The notes under the pieces were generated by a model. That model was not told the DNA's origin, did not search any database, and was given only the letters and a program-made list of their open reading frames with translations. Source: an uncultured Halieaceae bacterium (GTDB lineage Bacteria > Pseudomonadota > Gammaproteobacteria > Pseudomonadales > Halieaceae). From it: DNA of 64,000 nucleotides. This document shows, one piece after another, positions 9,428-19,751 of this stretch (its first letter is position 1; every line of letters starts with the position of its first letter). The position numbers and the translations under genes were made by a program. The stretch lies in the NCBI GenBank assembly GCA_913031575.1, contig CAJWEV010000004.1:15310-79309 (forward strand), given 5' to 3'.

Positions 9428-10843
9428 TCACTTATCTATTAATTGATCCAGGTCGGAGCGATCCAGAAAAGTCCCTCGATGCAAGACGCCCTGAACTCTC
9501 CGCGTATGTTTTATGTTTTCAAGTGGATTAGCGTCAAGCAGCACCGCATCGGCAATAAACCCAACTCTGAGTTCGCCCATCTCACCCTCCAGACCAAAAA
9601 ATTCAGCAGGTCGAACGGTAGCTGTATACAGCGCCTCCTTGGGTGTCATCCCAACATCTACAAACTGCTCGAGCTCAGTGTGCAGGCTGTAACCGGGAAT
9701 GCTCCAGCCAATCGGCGTATCAGTGCCTGCAGCGATGGGCGCTCCAACTGCGTGTAGCTCTTCCGTTCGACGCATGCTCCACTCATCAAACGTGGTATCA
9801 ATAGCTCGGTCTATCGACAACAGCTGCGTTTTGGCATTACCCCAGTCGGTCTGAACCGACTCTGGTGTCAGCTCCAATGCCGCATCAAAGTCGTCTCGCA
9901 ACAGAGGCACGTTGAGTCGCATCGAGTTCAATCGCAGTGTCGGCACTGAAATCGTGCTCTTTAACGCCTCGGTGGATGCAAGGCACTCGGTATCGTCCTC
10001 ATCGAGGATGGCCGGAATCCGTTGCAATCGATGCAGGCGCGCTCTCAGCGCGCTGCCTGGCTCGCCCAGTTCGTTTGTCAATTCGCCGCGACGCGTCGCT
10101 CGCAGTGCTTCAGGATCACTTACGCAGTCCAGTTCGTAGTTGCGCAAATGCTCCAGGGACTGAACCTTGGATGCGACCTCTCTAGCCCGCATGGATAAGG
10201 GTACATGCCCGTCGATGGGAAGCCCGCGCTGTCCAGCCTCGTCCACGATCGCCTCAAATACCTCGGGAGTCACCATTTCGTAGATTTTAAGAAAGCTCGC
10301 GCCGGCCTCGTGAATCGCCGCGATATTGGTGCGTGCCTCATCCGGGGTCGCATTGGCGACGCCCAAGCCCGGCAGGTTGATACCGTCGTAGACTACATCA
10401 CCTCCATCTAACAGTGGTCCTGCGAACCAGATGGCGGGCGCGACCGTCTGCGGCGCACGAAGGTGCTCCACGACCGGAAGAAGATCTTCCAGTAGCCCTC
10501 CCGTATCCCTGACGTTGGTTACACCGTGGTAGAGGAAGAGACCCCCCATAGCGTCGGTGAATCGAGTGTCGTAGGTAAAGTGAACATGAAAATCCCATAG
10601 CCCGGGGATGAGATATTTCCCGGTAGCATCTATGGCTTCTATTGCCAGAAAGTCGGTTCCTGAATCGATGATCTCGACAATAATGCCGTCGTTCACGAGT
10701 ACGGTTTTCCCCTCTCGCGTTGGGTTTACTGCATCGACCAGCGTGACATTCTCGATAGCGAGATCCACTGGTGCGGGGGTTTCGCTACAGGCGACAAGAA
10801 ACCCCATCGCCGCTGCCGAAATCATGAGTCGGGTGAACTTCAT
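9428..10843 (-). CDS. Amidohydrolase-family lipoprotein
   Basis: Start refined to MKFTRL at 10843 (GGAG RBS, lipobox LVAC). PGLWDFHVH, LKIY, GHVP, EHL, AGTD and ADAVLLDANPL motifs. Confidence 0.88.
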   Translation of the reverse strand: MKFTRLMISAAAMGFLVACSETPAPVDLAIENVTLVDAVNPTREGKTVLVNDGIIVEIIDSGTDFLAIEAIDATGKYLIPGLWDFHVHFTYDTRFTDAMGGLFLYHGVTNVRDTGGLLEDLLPVVEHLRAPQTVAPAIWFAGPLLDGGDVVYDGINLPGLGVANATPDEARTNIAAIHEAGASFLKIYEMVTPEVFEAIVDEAGQRGLPIDGHVPLSMRAREVASKVQSLEHLRNYELDCVSDPEALRATRRGELTNELGEPGSALRARLHRLQRIPAILDEDDTECLASTEALKSTISVPTLRLNSMRLNVPLLRDDFDAALELTPESVQTDWGNAKTQLLSIDRAIDTTFDEWSMRRTEELHAVGAPIAAGTDTPIGWSIPGYSLHTELEQFVDVGMTPKEALYTATVRPAEFFGLEGEMGELRVGFIADAVLLDANPLENIKHTRRVQGVLHRGTFLDRSDLDQLIDK

Positions 10844-11013
10844 GCTGTGGCTCCAGTTATTAGTATTATCGCTAGAGACTATCACCGTAACACTTAGCTT
10901 CAAGCATGCTGAATTACCCGACACCGTCCAATCGAAACAATCAGCACCGACCATTGAGCCTGACTGGACGCTTACCAATCGCCATCGTATGGTGCCCATG
11001 ACTATCAAGGATT

Positions 11014-12063
11014 ATGGAGCCTGATATCGGACCACTTGCCGACATCTCCAACACCGTATTTGCGCTTATTCAGGACAACCTGCCGCGCGATCTGACATGG
11101 CCATTTTTGCTGCTCACGGCCGTGTTAGCCATCGTGATTTGGAGCTTGCGCGGTGGACGCGGATCGAAAGATGCCTCGGGACAAGAGCGGCCAGCCAACC
11201 TCATCAACTACCTATTGCCCCGCGATATCTACAGTCACGTGTCAGCCCGTGTCGATATCTGGCTCTATGTATTTGAGCGGTTCCTGCGTCCATTGTGGGC
11301 AGGCGCCCTTATCCTGAGCGTTGGAACCTTTGCCGAGACCACCGTGATCAGTGGCCTGATGACAAGTATCGGTGATGGCCCGCAATTCGAGGTCAACTAC
11401 GCCTGGATGCTGCTATACAGCTTGGTAACCCTGTTGCTGTATGACTTTATCTTTTACGTCATTCACTACACCGAACACAAAGTGCCGGCGCTGTGGGTCA
11501 TCCACAAAGTGCACCACTCAGCTGAGGTCTTAACACCACTCACACGATACCGAGAACACTTCCTAGAAGGCCCCATCTACGCGGCAGGCGCAGCCTTGGC
11601 TTATGGCATCGCGGGTGGCCTGTTTGGCTGGTTATTCGAGAGTGGTATTACGCAGGCGACGCTGTTTAACATTGGTCTCTTCTCCTTGCTTTTCGGATTC
11701 AATGGGTCATTTCGGCATTATCATGTCGCGTTTCATTACCCCGTCTGGCTATCCAAGTGGTTGCATAGCCCGGTGATGCACCACACCCATCACAGCTACC
11801 TAGAAAAGCACTGGGACACCAACCTAGCGGCAGTGACTAGTATTTGGGATCGACTATTCGGGACGCTTTATATCCCTGAAAAGGACGAGTACACCCCCTG
11901 GGGACTGGGGCCCGAAACGCAAGATCAATATCGAAGCTTCTGGCAAAACACAGCCGGTCCCTTTAGGGACTGGTTCGCCATGCTCACAGGCGGGTCAATG
12001 CGGACAAGCAACCCATTGGCTGGAGGTGCCGCCAGGACGGATGTGAACGCGAGAGAGCGTTAA
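11014..12063 (+). CDS. Sterol desaturase / fatty acid hydroxylase family membrane di-iron enzyme
   Basis: His boxes HYTEH, HKVHHS, HHTHHS plus WDRLFGT; several TM helices. Confidence 0.88.
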   Translation: MEPDIGPLADISNTVFALIQDNLPRDLTWPFLLLTAVLAIVIWSLRGGRGSKDASGQERPANLINYLLPRDIYSHVSARVDIWLYVFERFLRPLWAGALILSVGTFAETTVISGLMTSIGDGPQFEVNYAWMLLYSLVTLLLYDFIFYVIHYTEHKVPALWVIHKVHHSAEVLTPLTRYREHFLEGPIYAAGAALAYGIAGGLFGWLFESGITQATLFNIGLFSLLFGFNGSFRHYHVAFHYPVWLSKWLHSPVMHHTHHSYLEKHWDTNLAAVTSIWDRLFGTLYIPEKDEYTPWGLGPETQDQYRSFWQNTAGPFRDWFAMLTGGSMRTSNPLAGGAARTDVNARER

Positions 12064-13674
12064 TTATCGAGTGCCAAACACCGCGAGTACGCCCATGAGT
12101 AACAGCGTCCAAAGCCCGAGAAACCCGTAAGCCGGGACCCAGCTTTTCGTAAACCCCACATTGCTATAGAAAGCGGGACTCCAAAGGAGATCGGCAAGTT
12201 CCTGTTCCGATGAGCGCTGGCCACGGGTGATCAGCCCTACACCCATCGTGGCTGCTAGCCCGATAACGTTCCACCACAGCCATGAAACAGACGGCATAGC
12301 GGCCCACAAGAAGGCATTGACGGCGAAACCCGCAAAGAAGCCGATTCGGGCACCCCGTCCAGTGGCGGTTTTTGTCATTAGTCCCAAGAGGAAGACACCG
12401 AGAATAGGACCGTTAATCAGCGAGCCCACCTTGTTGACCGCCACGATCACTGTCGATGCGATATCGTCGACGAAGAACGCTGTCACCAATGCGAACACCC
12501 CCCAAAAGACGGTGAGTGCCCTGCCCCACCAAAGCTCCTGCGCTGGCGTGGCAATCCGTTCTTTCATGGCCGGTTTTACAAAATCCTTCAACGTGGTGGC
12601 AGATAAACTGTTAATCACGGAATCTAGCGACGACATGGCTGCGGCGAGCAGCGCAACAACGGCTAGCCCCACCACGCCCACCGGCAACTCCCGCGAGAAG
12701 AGGACAGGCAGCGCCATATTGTAATTTGGCGCATCGTTGGTCAGGGGCAACGATGATAGAAAGTCGGTGTGTGAGCTTGCGTAGGCCGCGAGTCCCGCTC
12801 CAATGAGGCAGTACAGTAAAACCAAGGGAAAGCGTAGGACACCGTTGATAATCAAAATCTTTTGGTTGTCGTCCTGCGTTGCTGCGCATAGCTGTCGCTG
12901 TACCTGGCTCTGATCGCAGCCGTAATAGGCAACATAGAGGAAAAACCCGCCAATCAGCATGGGTAAGAAGGCGAAGTCGTGACCGTCACCCAGACCGTGA
13001 TGTCGGAAGGAAAGTGCCGCAGTGCGCTCGGCTGGGATCTGAGCCAGCATTGACTCAAGACCGCCGGCCGACCCAATCAATAAGTACGCAAGATAGCCAA
13101 GGACGCTCGTCAAAATGATCATTTGGATAACATCGCTAAAGATGACGGCACGTATGCCACCCAAAACGTCGTAAATGATCGTGATGGCGACAAATAAGAC
13201 AACCGATTGGGCAAAGGAAAGCCCCGTCGTAATAGCAATCATACTTGCCACGCCATAAACGGTAATGCCGGCTACTGCAGCCCGCGACAACTGAAACATG
13301 CCACTGATGAGCAGCTGCGTTTTATCGTCAAAACGCCGCCCCAGATAGAGGTAAACCGATACCAGACGCTGCCGGTGGAATACGGGAATTAAAAATATGG
13401 CGATAAAAATCATCGCTAAGGGCAGCGCTAGCTCGTACTGCAACCAGACGAGTCCACCGCCGACAACAAAGGCAACAAACGCGGGCGCACCTAAAATGCT
13501 GTTGGTCGAGCACTGTGTTGCCATGACGGACAACGCAATACTGATCGGGCCACTACTGTTGCCGGCAACAAAAAAATCCTCAGCGGTCTCCTGATGTCGT
13601 GACAAATACAGACTCATGGCCACCAAACCCGACAGGTAAACCGCCACGACGAACCAATCAAGCGTTGCTAGCAT
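12064..13674 (-). CDS. Sodium:solute symporter (SSS family)
   Basis: About 13-14 TM segments; EDFFVAG, GGIRAVIFSDVIQ, DQSQVQR, AAAMSSLDS. Confidence 0.92.
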   Translation of the reverse strand: MLATLDWFVVAVYLSGLVAMSLYLSRHQETAEDFFVAGNSSGPISIALSVMATQCSTNSILGAPAFVAFVVGGGLVWLQYELALPLAMIFIAIFLIPVFHRQRLVSVYLYLGRRFDDKTQLLISGMFQLSRAAVAGITVYGVASMIAITTGLSFAQSVVLFVAITIIYDVLGGIRAVIFSDVIQMIILTSVLGYLAYLLIGSAGGLESMLAQIPAERTAALSFRHHGLGDGHDFAFLPMLIGGFFLYVAYYGCDQSQVQRQLCAATQDDNQKILIINGVLRFPLVLLYCLIGAGLAAYASSHTDFLSSLPLTNDAPNYNMALPVLFSRELPVGVVGLAVVALLAAAMSSLDSVINSLSATTLKDFVKPAMKERIATPAQELWWGRALTVFWGVFALVTAFFVDDIASTVIVAVNKVGSLINGPILGVFLLGLMTKTATGRGARIGFFAGFAVNAFLWAAMPSVSWLWWNVIGLAATMGVGLITRGQRSSEQELADLLWSPAFYSNVGFTKSWVPAYGFLGLWTLLLMGVLAVFGTR

Positions 13675-13882
13675 TCGACGCCCTCCACGTCTTGTGTACA
13701 GGGGTGATAACCAAAACTACTGGCTGAGACCAACTTCAAACGACATCGAGTCTGGTGGAAACCATCACCAGTCTGCTATCACCATACACCATCCGGATCG
13801 ACACAAAGTTAAGGTCGAAAACGGTCGCGCAGTGTGATAACTAATGAGCGACAAAAATACTTATCACAACGGTTGAATTCGT

Positions 13883-16800
13883 ATGCGCAATACTCGCTTT
13901 TCTCGCACCTCACTCACAAAACAAGCCTTCGTTTTCACAAGCCTATTTGCGGCATCGGGTATGACATTATCGGAGGAGACTGAGACACCATCGTGGGATG
14001 TCTCAGCGCCGAACTACTCAGCCGAGGTTCAAGAAATTGACCTAAACGTGACCGAGGGAACATGGATGAACCTCGATGTCTCACCCGATGGGGAGCACAT
14101 TGCTTTCGATCTCTTGGGAGACATTTATCAGATACCGATTACGGGTGGTGAGGCGACACCGCTACTCAGTGGTCATGCGTGGGAAGTACAACCGCAGTAC
14201 AGTCCCGATGGCCGTTTTCTCGCATTTACCTCCGACCGTAATGGCGCTGACAACATTTGGGTTATGGACCTCGCCAATCCAGACAACAAGCACCAGATAA
14301 CACATGAAAGTTTCCGACTGCTCAATAATCCAAGTTGGCACCCGTCAGGCGAATATTTGGTAGCGAAAAAGCATTTCACTACCTCACGATCACTCGGAAC
14401 GGGCGAGGTATGGCTTTACGATGCCAACGTCGATCAAGCCCTTGCGCGAGGAAATCTACAGGGCTCGGTTCTGGTAAAGCGACCAAGCCCCGCATTCCAG
14501 AAGGAGCTGGGTGAACCGACCTTCAGTGCTGATGGCGAGTCGGTGTTCTACATTCAGAACACGACGCCCGGAAATACCTTCATTTACCACGAGGACAGTA
14601 ACGGTGAAGTCATGGCCATTAAACGCTATGACCTCGAAACGGGAGAAATCGAGAAGGTCGTTGGCGGTGCGGGCGGCGCCGTTCGACCCACGCCATCGCC
14701 CGACGGTAAAACCATCGCCTTTGTAAAACGTGTGCGAGCAGCCTCGCGACTGTTTGTTATGGATCTCGTATCGGGTGAGCAAACCATGCTGGTTGATGAT
14801 CTTGATCCCGACATGCAGGAAACTTGGGCGGTTCAGGGCGCCTACCCGACCATGGCTTGGACACCCGACGGCGACTCCATTGTCTATTGGTCGAAAGGCC
14901 ACATTTGGCGTGTTGATGTTGCCTCGGGTGAATCCCGCCAAATTCCGTTCTCGGTTAATGACACGCGCACGGCTTACCCCGCAGTTGAAGTCGCGGTCGA
15001 TGTTGCTCCCGATACCCTAAAAACCACCATGCCGCGGTTTGCTAGGCAAAGTCCCGATGGCCAAGCGGTTGTCTTTGAGTCCATGGGGCGGCTGTATGTA
15101 AAGCGTGACGGCGAGGACGCCAAGCGCCTGACGCGCGACAACGCTTCTGGGTTCGAATTTTCACCCGCGTTTTCACCCGACGGGAAGGATGTGTTTTACC
15201 TGACCTGGTCAGACGACGAGTTAGGCTCTGTTCGTAAAGTCAGCGCTCGCGGTGGTCGATCCAAAGAGGTTCTCACAACACCGGGTCACTATGTCGATCT
15301 TAGCGTATCGAGCGATGGCGAGACCCTGCTCTTTACCAAGCTGAACGGCAGTTCGCTGACCAACCCGCACTGGGGTAAAAAACCCGGCATCTATGTCTAT
15401 GAGCTCAGTGATGACGAGGCTCAGTTTGTCAGCCGACGTGGCCGATCACCCCACTTCGGTCCCGGAGACCGCATTTACGCTACCGAGCGCGTGAGCTCGG
15501 CTGTCGGTCGCGGCAGTGATGACGCATCCAGTGAGCTCATCTCCATGAATCACGATGGTGAGGATGTGCGTGCGCACGCAAGCTCTCCGCTCGCGACCGT
15601 GATTCGCATGTCGCCCTCAGGCAAGCATGTCGCTTATCGTGAGGCGGGGCGTCTCTACGTGGCAGCATTGCCGATGACTGGCCGCTCCATCGACCTCTCG
15701 GCCATTGAAAATACGGCCTCGGGTGCCGCAGCCTATGCCACAGAGCGTGTGAGCGCCCCGGGCGGTGAATTCATTCACTGGAGCGCTGATGGTACCTCGC
15801 TGACGTGGAGCGTAGGCCCGCGCTTTTTTAAGTACAACGTCGATGGTTCTCTGGGCATCGGCACAAACGAAGCCCAGCAGATCGCTGACCTCAGCCTCTC
15901 AGTGGACTCAGATCGTCCCCGGGGACTTGTGGCCTTTACCAATGCTCGGGTCATCACCATGAATTCTGCACGCGATGTCATCGATAATGGCGTTGTCATC
16001 GTTGAGGACAATCGTATTGTGGCGCTGGGCGCCACGGCGGACATTTCCATCCCTGACAGTGCAACGCAGGTCGATCTGGCTGGAAAGACCTTGATGCCCG
16101 GCTACATCGATGCGCACGCACACGGCCCATACGGTCGGGACGACATCATCCCTCAGAATAACTGGTCGCTCCTCGCGCACCTAGCGCTCGGAGTAACGAC
16201 CGTACACAACCCATCAAGCAGAGCCGCTCAAGTCTTCCCAGCCGCTGAATACCAGCGCGCGGGCAAGATCATCGGACCACGCATTTTTTCAACCGGAGAA
16301 ATCATTTACGGGGCGAAGAGCACAGGCTTTGACCCTATTGAGTCCCTCGATGACGCCAAAGCCGTGGTTGATCGCCTTAAGGCTCAGGGGGCCATCAGTG
16401 TCAAAAACTACAACCAACCCCGCCGAGTACAGCGACAAATGGTCATTGAGGCCGCTCGTGATGCCGGCATGTTAGTAGTTGCTGAAGGCGGTTCGCTCTA
16501 CAACATGGATATGAATCTAGTGGCCGATGGTTCGACAGGCATCGAGCACAACATTCCGACCTTAAAAATCTACGATGACGTCCGTGACTTTTGGTCGAAC
16601 ACCCGTGTTGGGTATACACCCACCTTGAGCGTCACCTATGGCGGATTGACCTCCGAGGACCGCTTCTACCGAGACACCGAGGTCTGGAAGCACCCACTAC
16701 TGTCACACTTTGTTCCACCCACCGTTTTGCAACCGCGCGCCGTTCGTCGCGTAACAGCTCCCGAGCCAGACTTTCGAGACGATGATGCGGCAGCCGTAGC

Positions 16801-17179
16801 AAAGGAGTTGATGGAGCTCGGTGTGTTGGTCAACACCGGTGCTCATGGACAGCGGGAGGGACTGGCAACGCACTGGGAAATGTGGAGCTTTGCCGAAGGA
16901 GGCATGAGCCCAATGCAGATGCTGGCAACAGCGACCATCAATCCTGCGCATTACCTCGGTATGGATGCCGACCTGGGTTCGATTGAAACGGGCAAACTGG
17001 CGGACTTGCAGGTGGTCGATGGCAACCCGCTCGAGGACGTAAAGAGCACCGACCGTATCACGCACGTCATGGTGAACGGGCGACTCTATCGTACCAATGA
17101 CCTGGGCGAGGAAGTGACCGGCTCGCGTCCAGCACCAACACTCTGGTGGCACAATCAGCCACAGCATCAAATACGTTAA
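13883..17179 (+). CDS. Secreted amidohydrolase with N-terminal PD40/TolB-like beta-propeller repeats
   Basis: Signal-like N-terminus; many SPDG/WHPSG repeats; C-terminal PGYIDAHAH, EHN, GAHGQ and GSIETGKLADL. Confidence 0.9.
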   Translation: MRNTRFSRTSLTKQAFVFTSLFAASGMTLSEETETPSWDVSAPNYSAEVQEIDLNVTEGTWMNLDVSPDGEHIAFDLLGDIYQIPITGGEATPLLSGHAWEVQPQYSPDGRFLAFTSDRNGADNIWVMDLANPDNKHQITHESFRLLNNPSWHPSGEYLVAKKHFTTSRSLGTGEVWLYDANVDQALARGNLQGSVLVKRPSPAFQKELGEPTFSADGESVFYIQNTTPGNTFIYHEDSNGEVMAIKRYDLETGEIEKVVGGAGGAVRPTPSPDGKTIAFVKRVRAASRLFVMDLVSGEQTMLVDDLDPDMQETWAVQGAYPTMAWTPDGDSIVYWSKGHIWRVDVASGESRQIPFSVNDTRTAYPAVEVAVDVAPDTLKTTMPRFARQSPDGQAVVFESMGRLYVKRDGEDAKRLTRDNASGFEFSPAFSPDGKDVFYLTWSDDELGSVRKVSARGGRSKEVLTTPGHYVDLSVSSDGETLLFTKLNGSSLTNPHWGKKPGIYVYELSDDEAQFVSRRGRSPHFGPGDRIYATERVSSAVGRGSDDASSELISMNHDGEDVRAHASSPLATVIRMSPSGKHVAYREAGRLYVAALPMTGRSIDLSAIENTASGAAAYATERVSAPGGEFIHWSADGTSLTWSVGPRFFKYNVDGSLGIGTNEAQQIADLSLSVDSDRPRGLVAFTNARVITMNSARDVIDNGVVIVEDNRIVALGATADISIPDSATQVDLAGKTLMPGYIDAHAHGPYGRDDIIPQNNWSLLAHLALGVTTVHNPSSRAAQVFPAAEYQRAGKIIGPRIFSTGEIIYGAKSTGFDPIESLDDAKAVVDRLKAQGAISVKNYNQPRRVQRQMVIEAARDAGMLVVAEGGSLYNMDMNLVADGSTGIEHNIPTLKIYDDVRDFWSNTRVGYTPTLSVTYGGLTSEDRFYRDTEVWKHPLLSHFVPPTVLQPRAVRRVTAPEPDFRDDDAAAVAKELMELGVLVNTGAHGQREGLATHWEMWSFAEGGMSPMQMLATATINPAHYLGMDADLGSIETGKLADLQVVDGNPLEDVKSTDRITHVMVNGRLYRTNDLGEEVTGSRPAPTLWWHNQPQHQIR

Positions 17180-17195
17180 TCGTGAGGAAGTCCGT

Positions 17196-18521
17196 ATGAA
17201 TCTGTTACAACGTGCGTCGCTACTCAGCACCCTATTCCTTGGACTCACGCTTGCACAGACAGTGCACTCAGGATCCCTGTCAGCCAAGGAACAGGCCATG
17301 GTTGACTGGATTGATACGCACCAAGACGAGGCGATTGAGCTACTGGCTGAAACCGTCAACATTGGCAGCGGGACGATGAACCACGCCGGCGTTCGTGCCG
17401 TCGGTGACGTGATGTCACGCGAACTGGAGGCGCTTGGCCTGGCGACGCGTTGGATCGATATGCCCCCCGAGATGGATCGCGCAGGCCATTTGTTTGCCAG
17501 CAAGGAAGGTAAAGGTAAAAAGTTCCTCCTTATCGGACACCTCGATACCGTTTTTGAGTCAGATGATGAATTCCAAGCGTTTACACGCGAGGGCAATATC
17601 GGGCGGGGTCCCGGTATCAGCGACATGAAGGACGGTAACGCCGTCCTCGTCTACGCATTAAAGGCACTTCAGCACATTGGTGCCTTAGACAATATTGCTG
17701 TCACCGTCGCCTACACAGGCGATGAGGAGATGACAGGCAAACCGCTGTCCATTAGCCGTAAAGACCTCATAGAAGCCGGAAAATGGGCTGACATCACCTT
17801 AGGCTTCGAGGGAGCGATTACAACCGAAGGTTCTGACTGGGCGACCATTGCCCGACGCAGTTCCAGTGGCTGGATGTTAGAAGTGTCGGGTAGGCAAGCA
17901 CACTCTTCAGGTGTCTTTAGCGAACGCGTGGGCGCTGGTGCCATCAATGAAGCCGCGAGAATTCTGGATGCGTTCTATGATGAGGTTCGCGGTGACTACG
18001 GCTTAACTTTCAATGCGGGCACCATTCAAGGCGGGACCACTGTGAAGTACGATTCTGCTCAGAATCGGGGCACGACCTTTGGAAAAACGAACGTTGTCCC
18101 GAGCGAAGTCATCGTAGACGGCGGCATAAGAGCGTTATCACGTGAGCAGTTGGCAAGGGCAAAAGAAAAGATGAAAGCCATCGTCGCAAAACACCTGCCG
18201 CACACCAGTGCCTCAATCAGCTTCGTCGATAGCTATCCGCCGATGCCACCCTCAGATGGCAACCGTCAGCTTGCAGAGCAACTCTCGGTCGTGAATCAGG
18301 ACTTAGGACGCGGACCCATGAAAATCTGGGATCCACTGCGGCGCGGCGCCGCGGATATCTCTTTTGCTGCGCCTTATACCGATGCACTGGCTGGCATGGG
18401 CGCGCTTGGTAAAGGCGGTCACACGCCTAACGAGAGCCTTGAGCTGGACTCCATGGCACTGGCGATTAAACGCGCTGCGATCCTCATGTATCGGCTCTCG
18501 GGTACGGCAGATCAGGAGTAA
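17196..18521 (+). CDS. Secreted M20/M25/M40 metallohydrolase (glutamate carboxypeptidase-like)
   Basis: Signal peptide; GHLDTV, DMKDG, GDEE, GGHTPNE. Confidence 0.9.
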   Translation: MNLLQRASLLSTLFLGLTLAQTVHSGSLSAKEQAMVDWIDTHQDEAIELLAETVNIGSGTMNHAGVRAVGDVMSRELEALGLATRWIDMPPEMDRAGHLFASKEGKGKKFLLIGHLDTVFESDDEFQAFTREGNIGRGPGISDMKDGNAVLVYALKALQHIGALDNIAVTVAYTGDEEMTGKPLSISRKDLIEAGKWADITLGFEGAITTEGSDWATIARRSSSGWMLEVSGRQAHSSGVFSERVGAGAINEAARILDAFYDEVRGDYGLTFNAGTIQGGTTVKYDSAQNRGTTFGKTNVVPSEVIVDGGIRALSREQLARAKEKMKAIVAKHLPHTSASISFVDSYPPMPPSDGNRQLAEQLSVVNQDLGRGPMKIWDPLRRGAADISFAAPYTDALAGMGALGKGGHTPNESLELDSMALAIKRAAILMYRLSGTADQE

Positions 18522-18634
18522 ACCGGCCCACTCTCGCTGCGGCTTTAGCGACTGAAACGGCCTTGGGCTGCGCTGACATCGCCGTCACGTGTCGGCAAAT
18601 GAGACTAAATACGCCCATCTGAACGGCTGGAAAG

Positions 18635-18651
18635 TGACAAACAAACTGTCA
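18635..18651. promoter_or_regulatory. TGACA-N7-TGTCA palindrome upstream of the yeiH-like gene
   Basis: TGACA-AACAAAC-TGTCA ending 10 nt before the ATG; same core and spacing as the site at 58106-58122. Confidence 0.4.
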
Positions 18652-18661
18652 TACTCCCCAT

Positions 18662-19585
18662 ATGACTAAAACGCATACGCATATTGCTTATTTGATTGGT
18701 GCAGGTCTCGCGATCTACTCCCAGCAAGCTGCGCTCGCACTCTTCATGGGTATCGGACTGGCACTAACCGTCGGTCCGGCTCCCCTAAGCGATGCCTCTC
18801 GACTATCACGCGGTGCCTTGCAAAGCGGTGTGGTCATTCTGGGTTTAGCCCTACCGTTCAGAGAAGTGGTGACGCTCGGTTCAGCTAATGGCGCCGTCGT
18901 CTCGGCAATGGTTCTGGGTACCCTAGTCAGTGGTTTAATCTTATTAAAACTGCTGCGGACTGATGATATCAGTGGAAAACTGTTGACCGCCGGTACTGCA
19001 GTCTGTGGCGGTACAGCGGTAGCCACCCTCGCACCGGTAATCAAAGCCGAGAATCAGCAGGTCGCTCAAACCCTCACGATCATCTTCGTCCTTAACGGCA
19101 TCGCTATGTTGCTCTTTCCTGCGATCGGACATGCATTGGATTTGAGTCAGCAGCAATTTGGCATGTGGGCTGCCGTTGCCATTCACGACACCTCTTCCGT
19201 CGTGGGCGCAGCCGCCGCCTATGGCGACGAGGCACTCACGACCGCAGCAACATTAAAGATCCTCCGGATTTTGTGGCTCATCCCCGTGATTATCGTGGCG
19301 AGCTACTCGATGAAGCGCATCAGCGCTAACGAGATTCGGATACCGCTCTTTGTCGCGGGCTTCATCATAGCCAGTATGATCGGAGGCTACTTCCAGTTTG
19401 ATGCGGTGATCACTAGCCTATTTTCACTAATCAGCAAGAACCTGTTTGGCCTCGCTCTGTTTCTGATTGGCTCACAAATGTCTCTAGAGTCGCTAAAGAC
19501 TATCTGCCCTAGGCTGATTGGTATGGCGATTGTCCTTTGGTCGGCGTTGAGCCTCGGCAGCCTTTATTGGGTAACAACGGTCTGA
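18662..19585 (+). CDS. YeiH / putative sulfate exporter (PSE) family membrane protein
   Basis: GTAVCGGTAVATLAP, FGMWAAVAIHDTSSVVGAA, TLKILRILWL. Confidence 0.88.
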   Translation: MTKTHTHIAYLIGAGLAIYSQQAALALFMGIGLALTVGPAPLSDASRLSRGALQSGVVILGLALPFREVVTLGSANGAVVSAMVLGTLVSGLILLKLLRTDDISGKLLTAGTAVCGGTAVATLAPVIKAENQQVAQTLTIIFVLNGIAMLLFPAIGHALDLSQQQFGMWAAVAIHDTSSVVGAAAAYGDEALTTAATLKILRILWLIPVIIVASYSMKRISANEIRIPLFVAGFIIASMIGGYFQFDAVITSLFSLISKNLFGLALFLIGSQMSLESLKTICPRLIGMAIVLWSALSLGSLYWVTTV

Positions 19586-19751
19586 AAAGCCAACCGCTTG
19601 AAAACGTTTGTGGTGTGGGAAAGTTTTTCTTTGCCGTTAGTGCGACAAGTGGATGACGAGACAACAGATTTTGGGCAGACTGCCGACTCGATTGTCATCG
19701 GCATTACGAAGCGCCGTTATATAAGGTTCGGGAAATACTAAAGGGATTTTT

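Noticed and set aside
16703-17626. 307-aa antisense ORF
   Set aside because: Shadow of two well-supported plus-strand genes, with no motifs.
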